A stretch of DNA of 27,385 bases from a virus (IMGVR_UViG_3300031589_000423:1-27385), one strand, 5' to 3'; numbered from the stretch's first letter, positions 1 through 9,848 are shown. The notes: generated from the sequence alone by a model not told the origin. Translations and numbers: made by a program.

Positions 1-390
1 GCCTCTCGTGTGGTATCCGGATATACGGATGTACAACTCGGCTTGTTGCAAACAGGATTCCCACAAAGAATCCCAGACGAATTTAAAAAAATAATACCGT
101 TATTGCAAGTAGAATTGCAAGACAAAGCCGGCAACAAGTACTACATAGATCAAGCTGAACGATTTAATGCCTTTGGATTCAACAAGTTTAAAGGCTGGAA
201 TTGTAATGCAGGATACCAAGGATGTGTTGTACGTGAAAATGAAGTTAAGCGCAGCTACAGTTGCCATGACGAACCCTTAGGCACGTTAGACGGCGGATTT
301 GAGCTCTTTAAGGCGCCACGTAAGTGCATTACTCCTACTTGTGTAAGCAGTGCAGACAGTAAAATACCAAAGGTAAAGAATGAAGATTGA
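1..390 (+). CDS. Radical SAM protein, C-terminal part (5' truncated by window edge)
   Basis: Frame is open from base 1. C-terminus NKFKGWNCNAG..SC..PLG..C...C aligns by eye with the Cys-rich C-terminus (NKFQGWKCWAG..DC..PLG..C...C) of the rSAM at 3928-4833. The CxxxCxxC motif itself is outside the window. Confidence 0.7.
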   Translation, partial: ASRVVSGYTDVQLGLLQTGFPQRIPDEFKKIIPLLQVELQDKAGNKYYIDQAERFNAFGFNKFKGWNCNAGYQGCVVRENEVKRSYSCHDEPLGTLDGGFELFKAPRKCITPTCVSSADSKIPKVKNED

Positions 391-991
391 TATTCAAGAT
401 ATAAAGTTTTGGGCTGATGCTATTCGCAATAGTGAAGATCGTGACCGAACCTTAGAAAGTCTTTGGGGAGGACAACTTCAGTCTAAAACATGGCTAATTG
501 AAACACTTGAACTAAAAACACATATTTCTAATGCTGAATGTGCTATTTTTGGAGGATGGAACGGAGTACTTGCTAGTATGATGTTTAATAGTGAATTAGG
601 AATTAAACATATTACAAGTATAGACATTGATCCTGCATGTGAGCAAACTGCATCAACAATTAATAAACGCCAAGAAATAGATGGACGGTTTAAAGCAGTT
701 ACAGCAGATATGTGTGATTACGAATATACAAATGATCCATATTTTGTTATTAATACAAGTTGTGAACACATTACACCGGACCAATATAACAGATGGTTAA
801 ACAAAATACCCGAAGGTGCAAAGATAGTTTTACAATCTAATAATTATTATGAATTAAAAGAACACATCAATTGTAGTAGCAGCCTCGATCAATTTATTAA
901 GAAGTCTAATCTAACAGAAATACTTATAGCAGAAGAATTACAATTACAAAAATATAAAAGATTTATGATTATGGGAACATTTAATGTATAA
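380..991 (+). CDS. Class I SAM-dependent methyltransferase
   Basis: Rossmann-type motifs AIFGGWNG (motif I), SIDIDP (acidic end of beta2), TADM, INTSCEH; overlaps both neighbours. Confidence 0.75.
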   Translation: MKIDIQDIKFWADAIRNSEDRDRTLESLWGGQLQSKTWLIETLELKTHISNAECAIFGGWNGVLASMMFNSELGIKHITSIDIDPACEQTASTINKRQEIDGRFKAVTADMCDYEYTNDPYFVINTSCEHITPDQYNRWLNKIPEGAKIVLQSNNYYELKEHINCSSSLDQFIKKSNLTEILIAEELQLQKYKRFMIMGTFNV

Positions 992-1982
992 TTACGAAGA
1001 TATAACTTCTATACATTTAGAAGTTACAACTAGATGTCAAGCAAGATGTCCTATGTGTCCAAGAAGAGTTCAAGGCGGTCCAGAACTTGACAGTTTAGAT
1101 CTTACAGAAATTAGTTACCAAATGTTTACTGAATGGTTTCCTATAAGTTTTGTACAGCAACTAAAGTTCTTAAATATGTGCGGGAACTTAGGCGACCCAA
1201 TTATGGCTAAAGATACGTTAGGTATAATGCAATACCTGCGCAAACACAATGCCGGAATGACCTTACAAATGCATACTAACGGGAGTGCTAGAACAGCAGA
1301 TTGGTTTAAGGGTCTAGCAGACGTAGGAGTAAAAATTGTATTTGGTATTGATGGACTAAAAGATACACATGCACTATATAGAATTAGTACAGATTACGAT
1401 AAAATTCTAAAGAATGCACAAGCATTTATTGATGCAGGCGGTGACGCAAGATGGGATATGTTAGTATTCAAACATAATGAACACCAAGTAGAAGCATGCG
1501 AACAATTAAGCAAAGATATGGGATTCAAAGGCTTTAGTATTAAGCATACTACTAGATTTAAAGACGGCCAGTTAGAAGTTATTGATGATAATTACAATGT
1601 AACGCATATATTGTTACCGTCACAAAAAAGTTTAGAAATGATTGCACCGGCAGAAAAAGCAAGGAACGAATCTATGCCAACTATTAATTGTAAAGCAGTT
1701 CAAGATAAACAAATGTATATTGCTGCAAATGGAAATGTTAGTCCTTGCTGTTGGCTAGATTTAGAATGGTTACCACAACATAGTTTTTCAAGAATAGACT
1801 ATATGACGAAAATTAAAGAATACCCTAATTTACACAAGTATTCATTTACAGACATCTTTGACAACGGCTTCTTCAACAAGATTAGTAGTTGTTGGACTAG
1901 TACTGGACTTAAAGAATGTTCAAAGCAATGTGGTAGTTTTGATAAACTAAACGCACAATTTGAAAGGCATGAACATGAGTAA
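984..1982 (+). CDS. Radical SAM protein with C-terminal twitch/SPASM domain
   Basis: CQARCPMC (CxxxCxxC), GNLGDP, HTNGS, FGIDG; C-terminal C..GNVSPCC..CSKQC. Confidence 0.9.
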   Translation: MYNYEDITSIHLEVTTRCQARCPMCPRRVQGGPELDSLDLTEISYQMFTEWFPISFVQQLKFLNMCGNLGDPIMAKDTLGIMQYLRKHNAGMTLQMHTNGSARTADWFKGLADVGVKIVFGIDGLKDTHALYRISTDYDKILKNAQAFIDAGGDARWDMLVFKHNEHQVEACEQLSKDMGFKGFSIKHTTRFKDGQLEVIDDNYNVTHILLPSQKSLEMIAPAEKARNESMPTINCKAVQDKQMYIAANGNVSPCCWLDLEWLPQHSFSRIDYMTKIKEYPNLHKYSFTDIFDNGFFNKISSCWTSTGLKECSKQCGSFDKLNAQFERHEHE

Positions 1983-3282
1983 AACATTTTGTCCTTTACC
2001 TTGGATACATTTAGCAACACGACCTAACGGTGACGTTAGAGTTTGCTGTACTGCTAATGCATCAGGTGCTGGACTTAATGATGATAAAACAGTTGGCCTT
2101 GTTAAGAAAGACGGTATTGCTATGAATATGCGTAACCATACTATTGAAGAAGTATGGAACAGTGAGCATATGCGTAACACACGATTACAAATGCTTAACG
2201 AACAAGTTCCGGCAAGTTGCCGCAAGTGCTTTGCAGAAGAAGATAAAGGCATTGTAAGCAAACGTCAGTGGGAGACTAAAGTATGGGAACAACGTTTAGA
2301 CATTGACAATATTGTAGCTCAAACAGATGTTGATGGAAACTTACCTGTTAACATTCCTTACTTTGACTTGCGCCTTGGAAATCTGTGCCAACTAAAGTGT
2401 GTTATGTGTAGTCCACATGATTCAAGTAGTTGGATTAAAGAATGGAAACTGCAAAAGCCTAAGTATACAGATAAAAACTTAATTGCAGAACAAAGTTGGG
2501 ATGAGGACTTCGATTATACTTGGTATAAGAAAGGAAGTTTCTTAGATTCAATGAAACAACAATCGCAGCACATTAAAGAATTGTATTTTGCTGGCGGCGA
2601 GCCGTTGCTAATTCCAGAGCATTATGCTATATTAGAATTCATGGTTGATAATAATTATGCTAAAGATATTTGCATACGATATAACAGTAACGGGTTAAAA
2701 TTACCTGATAAGTTATTTGTACTATGGCAACATTTTAAGAAAATTACATTTAATTTTAGTATAGATGCATATGGTGATAAGAATGATTATATACGTTATC
2801 CAAGCAAGTGGGCTGATATTGAAAAAAACTTATATAAACTTGATACTAGTTTAGATAATATTACAATAAATGTTGCAGCAGCAGTACAATTATTAAATGT
2901 TCCGTATATACACGAACTAGCTGAATGGAAACAAGATCAAAACTTTAGTAAAGTTAATATAATGCCTTTTGGTGGCGGAATAATTAATACACATTTAGTT
3001 TACTTTCCTAGTTACTTAAATGTTAGAACATTACCTAAAGAACTTAAAGAGTTTACTAAAAATAATATTGAAAAGTTTGTCCAACGTCAGAAGTTTAATA
3101 CAGATTGGAACAACCACGCTATGGGTAAACAGCGTTGGGAAGGTATAATTAGTTATATGATGTCAGAAGATTGGTCAGATAAGTTGCCGCAGTTACAAGA
3201 CTATTTACGAGTATTAGATGAAACAAGAGGAACAGATTTTACAAAAGTCTTTCCAGAATTAAGGAGTTTAAAAAATGGATAA
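1975..3282 (+). CDS. Radical SAM protein with N-terminal twitch domain
   Basis: N-terminal FCPLPW..NGDVRVCC..CRKC, then LGNLCQLKCVMC, FAGGEP, NSNG, SIDA. Start placed at ATG 1975 (1969 also possible) rather than TTG 1960. Confidence 0.9.
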   Translation: MSKTFCPLPWIHLATRPNGDVRVCCTANASGAGLNDDKTVGLVKKDGIAMNMRNHTIEEVWNSEHMRNTRLQMLNEQVPASCRKCFAEEDKGIVSKRQWETKVWEQRLDIDNIVAQTDVDGNLPVNIPYFDLRLGNLCQLKCVMCSPHDSSSWIKEWKLQKPKYTDKNLIAEQSWDEDFDYTWYKKGSFLDSMKQQSQHIKELYFAGGEPLLIPEHYAILEFMVDNNYAKDICIRYNSNGLKLPDKLFVLWQHFKKITFNFSIDAYGDKNDYIRYPSKWADIEKNLYKLDTSLDNITINVAAAVQLLNVPYIHELAEWKQDQNFSKVNIMPFGGGIINTHLVYFPSYLNVRTLPKELKEFTKNNIEKFVQRQKFNTDWNNHAMGKQRWEGIISYMMSEDWSDKLPQLQDYLRVLDETRGTDFTKVFPELRSLKNG

Positions 3283-3931
3283 CCAACAACAAGAACGTGC
3301 ATTGCTTTGGAATAGCCTATGTAATATGGGAGACATGGTAAAACTAAAATTAAAAGTTGATGGACACAGTCTTGTACAACAACTAGAGAAGTTTGAAGAT
3401 AACTGGTGTCCTTATAATCAAAAGAAAGATACGCACAATAATCGCTGGGGATTACCTGTTACAAGTCATACAGGTGATGTAGCGGAGAATTGGCATTTAA
3501 ATAGCTTTGGCCATATGCAACGGTATCACGATGTTAAGATGAAAGAAGAAGACTTTACAACTCCAACAGAAGTGTACAAAGCTATTCCGCAACTTGCTAG
3601 TTTAGTAGATATATTTGCTCCAGACCTCGGGCGTGTACATTTACTTAGAGTAGATGCCGGAGGATTCTTTCCACCACATAGAGATTATCCTGGAGCAGGT
3701 CCAGAATATTTTAGACTGTTATGCACATTTGGTAAAGCCCAGCCAGAGAACTATGCACACATACTTGATAAACAGTTAATTTATCCTGATCCAGAATATG
3801 TACATTTTATTAACTTCCAAAAAGAACATAGTGTGTTTAGTTACACTGATGGATTACATTCATTAATACTTACAGTTAAACTAAATCAACGTACACATGA
3901 TTTAATTATTAAACACAGCATGAGCGAATGA
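3275..3931 (+). CDS. Aspartyl/asparaginyl beta-hydroxylase-like Fe(II) oxygenase (cupin fold)
   Basis: RVHLLRVDAGGFFPPHRD (HxD) and distal EHSV; the usual C-terminal Arg is missing. Confidence 0.7.
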   Translation: MDNQQQERALLWNSLCNMGDMVKLKLKVDGHSLVQQLEKFEDNWCPYNQKKDTHNNRWGLPVTSHTGDVAENWHLNSFGHMQRYHDVKMKEEDFTTPTEVYKAIPQLASLVDIFAPDLGRVHLLRVDAGGFFPPHRDYPGAGPEYFRLLCTFGKAQPENYAHILDKQLIYPDPEYVHFINFQKEHSVFSYTDGLHSLILTVKLNQRTHDLIIKHSMSE

Positions 3932-4833
3932 AATTAACTTACCAAGACAAAACAAAAGAAGATTGGTTTCTTGTTAGCTGGACATTAAGCAACAAATGCA
4001 ATTATCGGTGTTCATATTGTCCAGACCACTTACACAGTGGAAGTACTGGACAGCCCCGATGGGATACTGTTGAACGTTTTGTTAAAGGATTTAAGCAACC
4101 TAAAAAGAATATATGTTACCGACTAAGTGGAGGCGAGCCAACATATTGGAAACACTTTACTGATCTTGCAAAGTTAGTTAAACAACAAGGACATACGTTT
4201 ACTTTCTTAACTAACGGAAGCCATACTGTAGAATACTATAAAACTATTTCTCAGTTTACAGATGGATATATTATTTCGTATCATCCAGAATATGCAGACA
4301 TAAATCATATAATGGAAGTTATACAAAACTCTAATTGCCCTGTGTTTATTAATTTAATGTTAGCACCAGATAACTTTGAAGAAATGTTTAATGTCGCAGA
4401 AGCATTATATAACTGTTCTGACAATGTTGCAATATGGCCAAAGATTATTCTTGACAAATCAAATATTGATGCTATAACTAATACACCTTACAACTATTCT
4501 CAAGAACAATTAGATACAATAAAGAAATGGCCTTTCTTTAGACCATTACCTGATAGTAATCTTCATAGAGGAGGATTACTTTTAGATGATAAACCAGTAA
4601 CAGCAAATGATTTAATTAGTACTGATCAAAATAAATTCCAAGGTTGGAAATGCTGGGCAGGACTGCATATGATTAACATTGATATGTGGGGAAACATGTA
4701 TAGAGCTGATTGTCAAGAAGGCGGACCTTTAGGAAACATTGAACGCTATAAATTACCAAAAGAAACTATTATTTGCGGTAAACAATCTTGTGCATGTTTA
4801 AGTGATATCTATTTAAGAAAAGAGACTGCTTAG
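3928..4833 (+). CDS. Radical SAM protein with Cys-rich C-terminal domain
   Basis: CNYRCSYC, LSGGEPT, LTNGS, SYHPE; C-terminal CWAG..DC..C...C.C; ATGA overlap with upstream gene. Confidence 0.9.
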   Translation: MKLTYQDKTKEDWFLVSWTLSNKCNYRCSYCPDHLHSGSTGQPRWDTVERFVKGFKQPKKNICYRLSGGEPTYWKHFTDLAKLVKQQGHTFTFLTNGSHTVEYYKTISQFTDGYIISYHPEYADINHIMEVIQNSNCPVFINLMLAPDNFEEMFNVAEALYNCSDNVAIWPKIILDKSNIDAITNTPYNYSQEQLDTIKKWPFFRPLPDSNLHRGGLLLDDKPVTANDLISTDQNKFQGWKCWAGLHMINIDMWGNMYRADCQEGGPLGNIERYKLPKETIICGKQSCACLSDIYLRKETA

Positions 4834-5898
4834 TTCAGGGCATACATCATGTATACTTGTATTCCTAATACTATCTAATTTATTTGTATAATTAATAAAC
4901 GCAGCTAATTGTTTATCATTCTTAACGTGTTTATAATTAGTGCCATTTAAAATATGTTGAGGTAAAATTGTAGGATTAAGATATGCTGGTGTTGTCACAA
5001 CATTAGTTAAATATATTTCGTAATTGTCTTTTTTAACACTATCAAACCATGTTTGCATTTCTTGTAGATGACAAACATTGTATGTCATCACAGTACCAGC
5101 AAAAATAACACGATCCATTTTATTAAAATGTTCTAAGTTCTCTACAAGTTGTTGAAACGGAAAGTTGTTGCCGCCACGAATATATTCGTATAGTTTACCA
5201 GTTCCTTCAATACTAATATGCCATTTAGTTTCTTTAAACTGTAATGCAAGTTTGTCGAACTCCTCGTCAACTACAGTTCCATTAGTGCTAATATCAAGTG
5301 TAATGTTTTTAGCAAGACCTAATTTAATTAGATAATGCATAATTAATTTATTAGCAGGCTCCATATAAGGCTCACCGCCTTTAATGTTTACGTATTGTAA
5401 ATTTTTAAAATACTCTGGATAATCAAATAATCGATCAATTATGCTGCTAGGCATAACCCTATAACCAAATTCTGGATCATGAATAGGACGTTCAATTCCC
5501 ATGCCTGATAATTTTAAATCTTCTTTAACCCATGCTGTAGAGTTAATGCCGCTGCACATTCTACATTTTAAGTTACACAAATTGCTCATATTAAATTCTA
5601 AAAAATAAATGTCGTTTTTATTTTTTGATTCTTCTTTAACAATAGGATTAAGAACTTGTTCAAAAAACTTACGTCTACTATGACCATTAACTTTTTCCTT
5701 CTTAACGCATTGTATACAGTTACTTGGCAAACTACCTTGTTCAACAATTTGTTGTGTAGCAATTAATCCAGGATCCTTAAAGATCTCTGGTAATGTATTT
5801 TTAAGTAAATTGCCGTGCCTGCCAGTGTATACGCAATCAGGAACAACATCGCCGTTAAATCTAATACTTAAAGCATGTCGAGGAGCTAAACAACTCAT
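4813..5898 (-). CDS. Radical SAM protein with N-terminal twitch domain
   Basis: MSCLAP..NGDVVPDC..CIQC; MSNLCNLKCRMC, KGGEP, STNGT, SIEG. Confidence 0.9.
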   Translation of the reverse strand: MSCLAPRHALSIRFNGDVVPDCVYTGRHGNLLKNTLPEIFKDPGLIATQQIVEQGSLPSNCIQCVKKEKVNGHSRRKFFEQVLNPIVKEESKNKNDIYFLEFNMSNLCNLKCRMCSGINSTAWVKEDLKLSGMGIERPIHDPEFGYRVMPSSIIDRLFDYPEYFKNLQYVNIKGGEPYMEPANKLIMHYLIKLGLAKNITLDISTNGTVVDEEFDKLALQFKETKWHISIEGTGKLYEYIRGGNNFPFQQLVENLEHFNKMDRVIFAGTVMTYNVCHLQEMQTWFDSVKKDNYEIYLTNVVTTPAYLNPTILPQHILNGTNYKHVKNDKQLAAFINYTNKLDSIRNTSIHDVCPELSSLFS

Positions 5899-7055
5899 AA
5901 TTTAGATTCCTGTATTATATTTAATTTGTCATCAAACACACAGATAAAATGATCTTGAGTTTTCATGTGATATGTAATTATAGTTATTTGATTGTTGTAA
6001 ATAATTGGTCTACCAAACATTATATCTTCAAAATATTTTTCTTTAATAATATTGCCGTTTTCATCAATAACTAGTATAGGACAGCTTGGAGTTCCACTTG
6101 GAAAGAAGTAAGCATGGTTGTTGAATTCAACTCCGCACCTAAATCTATATTTTCCACCAAACTCTAATCCAATATCAAATTGGTAACTTTGTTTAGTTAC
6201 GGTATTAAATACTAACCCCCTGTTACTATTAAGCGGAAGTAATTCATCGCCATACGGTACAGCAACAATATTATCACCTAGCATAACACCGCAGTTGTAC
6301 TTCTTAGCAAAGTCTACTCCGTTGATAGTGTGATATTGTGCAGTATTTGTTTTTGTATCAAATTCCACAATAGTATTAAGTCCGGGATCTTCACCAAATG
6401 GTAAACTGTATAGTGTAGTGCCTTTAACAATAATGTCTGTATACTTTCGTGTAATAGCTGGATCAATATCTAATTCATAACTATCAAAACATGAGCCATT
6501 AAAACTTAGTAGTGATGTGTACCCTGGCTCGTCACCTCTAGGCATACTCCAATAACGTCCATTACAATATACTGTACCCATGTGTAACTTTTTTCCGTTG
6601 TGCGGAATCTTGTGTACTGTTACTTCGTTGTCTCGAATATAGATAGCATTGTTAGTTTCTTCGTAACCTAATGGAAAACTAAATGCAGTATCGCCATATG
6701 TGGTATTGGGTTCTCCTCCATGGTTTGTTGCTACGCTATAAAACTGTCCTTTACCTGTAAATGGTAGTTTATGATAAATGGCTTGATTATCTTTTAGTTG
6801 GACTACAATATTAAACTCGTCATAAATGCCATACGGAATAAACCAAACACTATCGTCAACAACAGCAGTAGCATTTATTTTGCTTGTAACTGGCGGTAAA
6901 TCCAAATTAACATAGTTACTATCAGACCACACACTGCTATACTCTTTACACCGCTCTGTTGCAAACGGTGGCGACAATAACGCACCCTTGTATTCTTCTA
7001 ATATCAAGTGTTTAATATTTGCTTCTTTGTAAAAGTCTTGGAACGCTTTATACAT
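5895..7055 (-). CDS. Beta-propeller repeat protein
   Basis: About 7 recurring units ending in hydrophobic-P-[YFRLS]-G (PPFA, IPYG, FPLG, MPRG, LPFG, VPYG, FPSG), most preceded by K-[YF] and followed by a hydrophobic strand ending in D/N. Confidence 0.65.
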   Translation of the reverse strand: MYKAFQDFYKEANIKHLILEEYKGALLSPPFATERCKEYSSVWSDSNYVNLDLPPVTSKINATAVVDDSVWFIPYGIYDEFNIVVQLKDNQAIYHKLPFTGKGQFYSVATNHGGEPNTTYGDTAFSFPLGYEETNNAIYIRDNEVTVHKIPHNGKKLHMGTVYCNGRYWSMPRGDEPGYTSLLSFNGSCFDSYELDIDPAITRKYTDIIVKGTTLYSLPFGEDPGLNTIVEFDTKTNTAQYHTINGVDFAKKYNCGVMLGDNIVAVPYGDELLPLNSNRGLVFNTVTKQSYQFDIGLEFGGKYRFRCGVEFNNHAYFFPSGTPSCPILVIDENGNIIKEKYFEDIMFGRPIIYNNQITIITYHMKTQDHFICVFDDKLNIIQESKL

Positions 7056-8274
7056 TATTTAAATCCAAAGTATGTATTACTTTTTCTATCTTAGTATCAA
7101 ACACTAGAACAGTTTGGAATGTTTCGCTTTCTCCATACGGAAATGCAAAAATTACATCATTGATTATTACGCAGTTATTGTACTTTTCAATAGTAGTTGA
7201 ATCACTAAAGTACTCTCCGATATCTATAGTATAATGCGAATCATCACTTGTGTCAACCACTAATATTTCAGCAAGGTCACCTTGACTTTTCCAAGTATCT
7301 AACGGTTCACAAACACATCCGCCTCTGGGAATATAGTATATCTTACCTGCACTATTTTCAACACCTGTAAAGTATTTTTTACTTTCTTTGCCTATACCTA
7401 AATCTTTAGTATACCATTTATCAAAATAACTATCAATAATAAGCATTTCGCCCCAGTCTTCATCATGCCCTGCAGGAGGAAAATAAATCTTACCATTACG
7501 TGCAACTGTATGACTGTAATACATTCTACTAGTTTGTGTTAGTCCTGTACGTTCACTATGCCAATCTGTTCCGTCAAACTTTAATAAGATATCCCAGTTT
7601 GAATTTTCACTATACGGCGGAGCATATAATGTACGTCCTACTTTAGCCAACGTAGTAAACTTTTTATTTGTTAATTCTCTATCAACTAAGTCTGGCCAAT
7701 GCTCGCTCATGTCAATAAGATTGTACGTTGAGTCACTACATTTGTACTCAATGCCGTGTTGAAACATTTCAATCTTCCAAGATTCGCCACGTGGTACTCC
7801 GTAGATGATGCCGTCTATCATCTGTGTAGTATGCCATTTTTTACAATCTTCAAAAGGTACATCTATATGTACATGTTGTATTGAATGGTTATCTAAGTTA
7901 ATGTGCATGGCCCAACTAAACGGATCATGTTCGCCGTAAGGAAGTGCTACAATCTCGTTACTATGTATATGACCCTGTATATACTTGCCTTTGCCTTTAG
8001 GAGATATTTCAATATATTCTACTTCATCTGTTTCAGTATTAACAATTAATATTTTACTTTCATTGTAAGGCAAAAAATATATAAGATGTCGATATACAAT
8101 TCCGTTTTGCCATTTTTCAAAACTATCATCTACATCAAGTTTAATTTTTGTAATATCATACGTAGTTGGATCCATTTTAATCATGTAGTCGATGGATGCA
8201 TTTAAACCGTATGGCGGAACATAAAGCATTCCGTTGCTACCTATTGTAGCGTAACTAAAGGATTGCGGCGTCAA
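7048..8274 (-). CDS. Beta-propeller repeat protein (about 8 blades)
   Basis: Eight units K[WYF]..G.IY..P[YRA]G (PPYG, LPYN, LPYG, VPRG, PPYS, PPAG, IPRG, FPYG). Start placed at TTG 8274, 6 nt after a GGAG. Confidence 0.7.
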   Translation of the reverse strand: MTPQSFSYATIGSNGMLYVPPYGLNASIDYMIKMDPTTYDITKIKLDVDDSFEKWQNGIVYRHLIYFLPYNESKILIVNTETDEVEYIEISPKGKGKYIQGHIHSNEIVALPYGEHDPFSWAMHINLDNHSIQHVHIDVPFEDCKKWHTTQMIDGIIYGVPRGESWKIEMFQHGIEYKCSDSTYNLIDMSEHWPDLVDRELTNKKFTTLAKVGRTLYAPPYSENSNWDILLKFDGTDWHSERTGLTQTSRMYYSHTVARNGKIYFPPAGHDEDWGEMLIIDSYFDKWYTKDLGIGKESKKYFTGVENSAGKIYYIPRGGCVCEPLDTWKSQGDLAEILVVDTSDDSHYTIDIGEYFSDSTTIEKYNNCVIINDVIFAFPYGESETFQTVLVFDTKIEKVIHTLDLNNV

Positions 8275-8707
8275 ATTTATCTCCAAATGCACTTGTTAAG
8301 TCTGAATGTAGTTTATTCATAATCTGTTCTTCGGTATATATGCCAATGTTGTCCCAGTCAACCATGCGCATCTTATCACCATCAACTATAATATTACTTA
8401 GCACCCAATCAAAATGTGCATACGGAGATGTTTCTTTAATATTGTCTAAACAAAAATTATATACTTTTTTAATAAATTTAGGTGTGTGTTCAAATTTACT
8501 TGCAGGTGTGCCAAGTACTTTTTTAACATCAAGAAACTGACTAGTTTCCTCAGACCCCCAATTAATAACATATCCTGGTAAAATTTTATTCATAATAACT
8601 ACGTGCTGTTCTAATCTTTCTGGTTCTACAGTAATCCAAACTTTACGAAACCTATCACTAAGTTCATAAACTTTTCTACCTTTTTCTTTATTTTCTTTAA
8701 TTAACAT
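8255..8707 (-). CDS. Minimal protein-kinase-like phosphotransferase (APH/RIO/Kdo-like fold)
   Basis: Catalytic loop HFDWVLSNII (HxDxxxxN) followed by MVDWD (DFG-equivalent); only 150 aa. Confidence 0.7.
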   Translation of the reverse strand: MLIKENKEKGRKVYELSDRFRKVWITVEPERLEQHVVIMNKILPGYVINWGSEETSQFLDVKKVLGTPASKFEHTPKFIKKVYNFCLDNIKETSPYAHFDWVLSNIIVDGDKMRMVDWDNIGIYTEEQIMNKLHSDLTSAFGDKFDAAIL

Positions 8708-8709
8708 CT

Positions 8710-9786
8710 TTATGATAAGCCATATGCTGCCGCCACCTCCGGCAAATAGTCTTTAATATACATTCCGCGCCACTTATCTTGTTTTGTAATTTCTCTCACA
8801 AAGTGTTCAATAACTAAAGGATCAGCTGGATGATTAGCCCATCCATCAACATCAGGATGAATTCCGTGGAATTGGTCTTTTAAACTTTGCGGAGCATTTT
8901 TAACATGCAACCATTCTGGAAGAATTAATAAGTTATCGTAAAGTTTAAAGTTATTTTTTCTAGCATATTCTGTAATTTCGTCATAGTATAAAATATTAAG
9001 GAGACTAATCGTTGGAGTAACATCTACTACCCTACAAAAATCTGCATACTTTTGTGCGTTGACTTCTATCTCGTTCCATTTACTTCCGTATCTAATGTAA
9101 TCAATTTTATCACTTGCAGCATCTAAACTAAGACTCATAATTACTACATCAAACCGCCGCAGAATCTTTTCAATCTTAGGGTTCCAAAGTGTGCCATTGG
9201 TATTAAACCTAACTACAACCTTTGGATCAAGTCTATTTAAAAACTTGTCTAAGTGCTTAACCATCATAGGTTCGCCACCTGTTAGATAAACTTCTCTAAT
9301 AGGCAAGTTATCAAATCTCTTCATAGTTTCTTCTGAAGCCCAATTAAAGTTTGGAATTTCCAATACTCCGTGCAATGGCTGGATACCTGCTTTTTTCATT
9401 TCAATAGCTTCTTCAGCTATACTACTACTGCTCATTTCCCAGCAACTAATGCATTTAAGGTTGCAGCTATTGCCAAACCTAATATCAAGATGACTTATAC
9501 CAGGTCCATAAAAGTTTTTAACGTATCTAGTACCATCGGGCTTTACCCTAGTACGCATACTATCAATACCTTGTTCTTCTTGTTTTTCACAGCGCACACA
9601 AGCCTCTGGCCAAATATCATTTTCCATTTGCTCAGTTACTTTTGAATGAAACTCCCCATCATACCATTCTTGCGGAGTGTGCGTATGAACTGTTTCTTTA
9701 TTGTTACCTTCAAGACTAACGCAGCATAATCGATATTGTCCATCTGATCTTACGCATACTTGGTTGTCTAAATATTTACATCTCAC
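8710..9786 (-). CDS. Radical SAM protein with N-terminal twitch domain
   Basis: MRCKYL..DGQYRLCC..CVRC; FGNSCNLKCISC, LTGGEP, NTNGT, SLDA; GTG start with GAGG upstream. Confidence 0.9.
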   Translation of the reverse strand: MRCKYLDNQVCVRSDGQYRLCCVSLEGNNKETVHTHTPQEWYDGEFHSKVTEQMENDIWPEACVRCEKQEEQGIDSMRTRVKPDGTRYVKNFYGPGISHLDIRFGNSCNLKCISCWEMSSSSIAEEAIEMKKAGIQPLHGVLEIPNFNWASEETMKRFDNLPIREVYLTGGEPMMVKHLDKFLNRLDPKVVVRFNTNGTLWNPKIEKILRRFDVVIMSLSLDAASDKIDYIRYGSKWNEIEVNAQKYADFCRVVDVTPTISLLNILYYDEITEYARKNNFKLYDNLLILPEWLHVKNAPQSLKDQFHGIHPDVDGWANHPADPLVIEHFVREITKQDKWRGMYIKDYLPEVAAAYGLS

Positions 9787-9834
9787 GCAGGCTTCCTCAC
9801 ATTTTTAAAATCAATAATCTACATTCCATACTAT

Positions 9835-9848
9835 TATTTACATAAGTA
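9835..9848. promoter_or_regulatory. Back-to-back late-promoter-like boxes (GTAAATA on minus, ATAAGTA on plus)
   Basis: TATTTAC-ATAAGTA in the only divergent intergenic gap; resembles the T4 late consensus TATAAATA. Confidence 0.5.

Noticed and set aside
1799-2261. Minus-strand ORFs of 73 and 104 aa
   Set aside because: Antisense shadows of motif-bearing rSAM genes
9797-9829. Micro-ORF MECRLLILKM on the minus strand just after the late box, considered as a precursor or leader peptide
   Set aside because: Only 10 codons, no RBS and no leader/core structure; expected by chance, though ribosome profiling could revisit it
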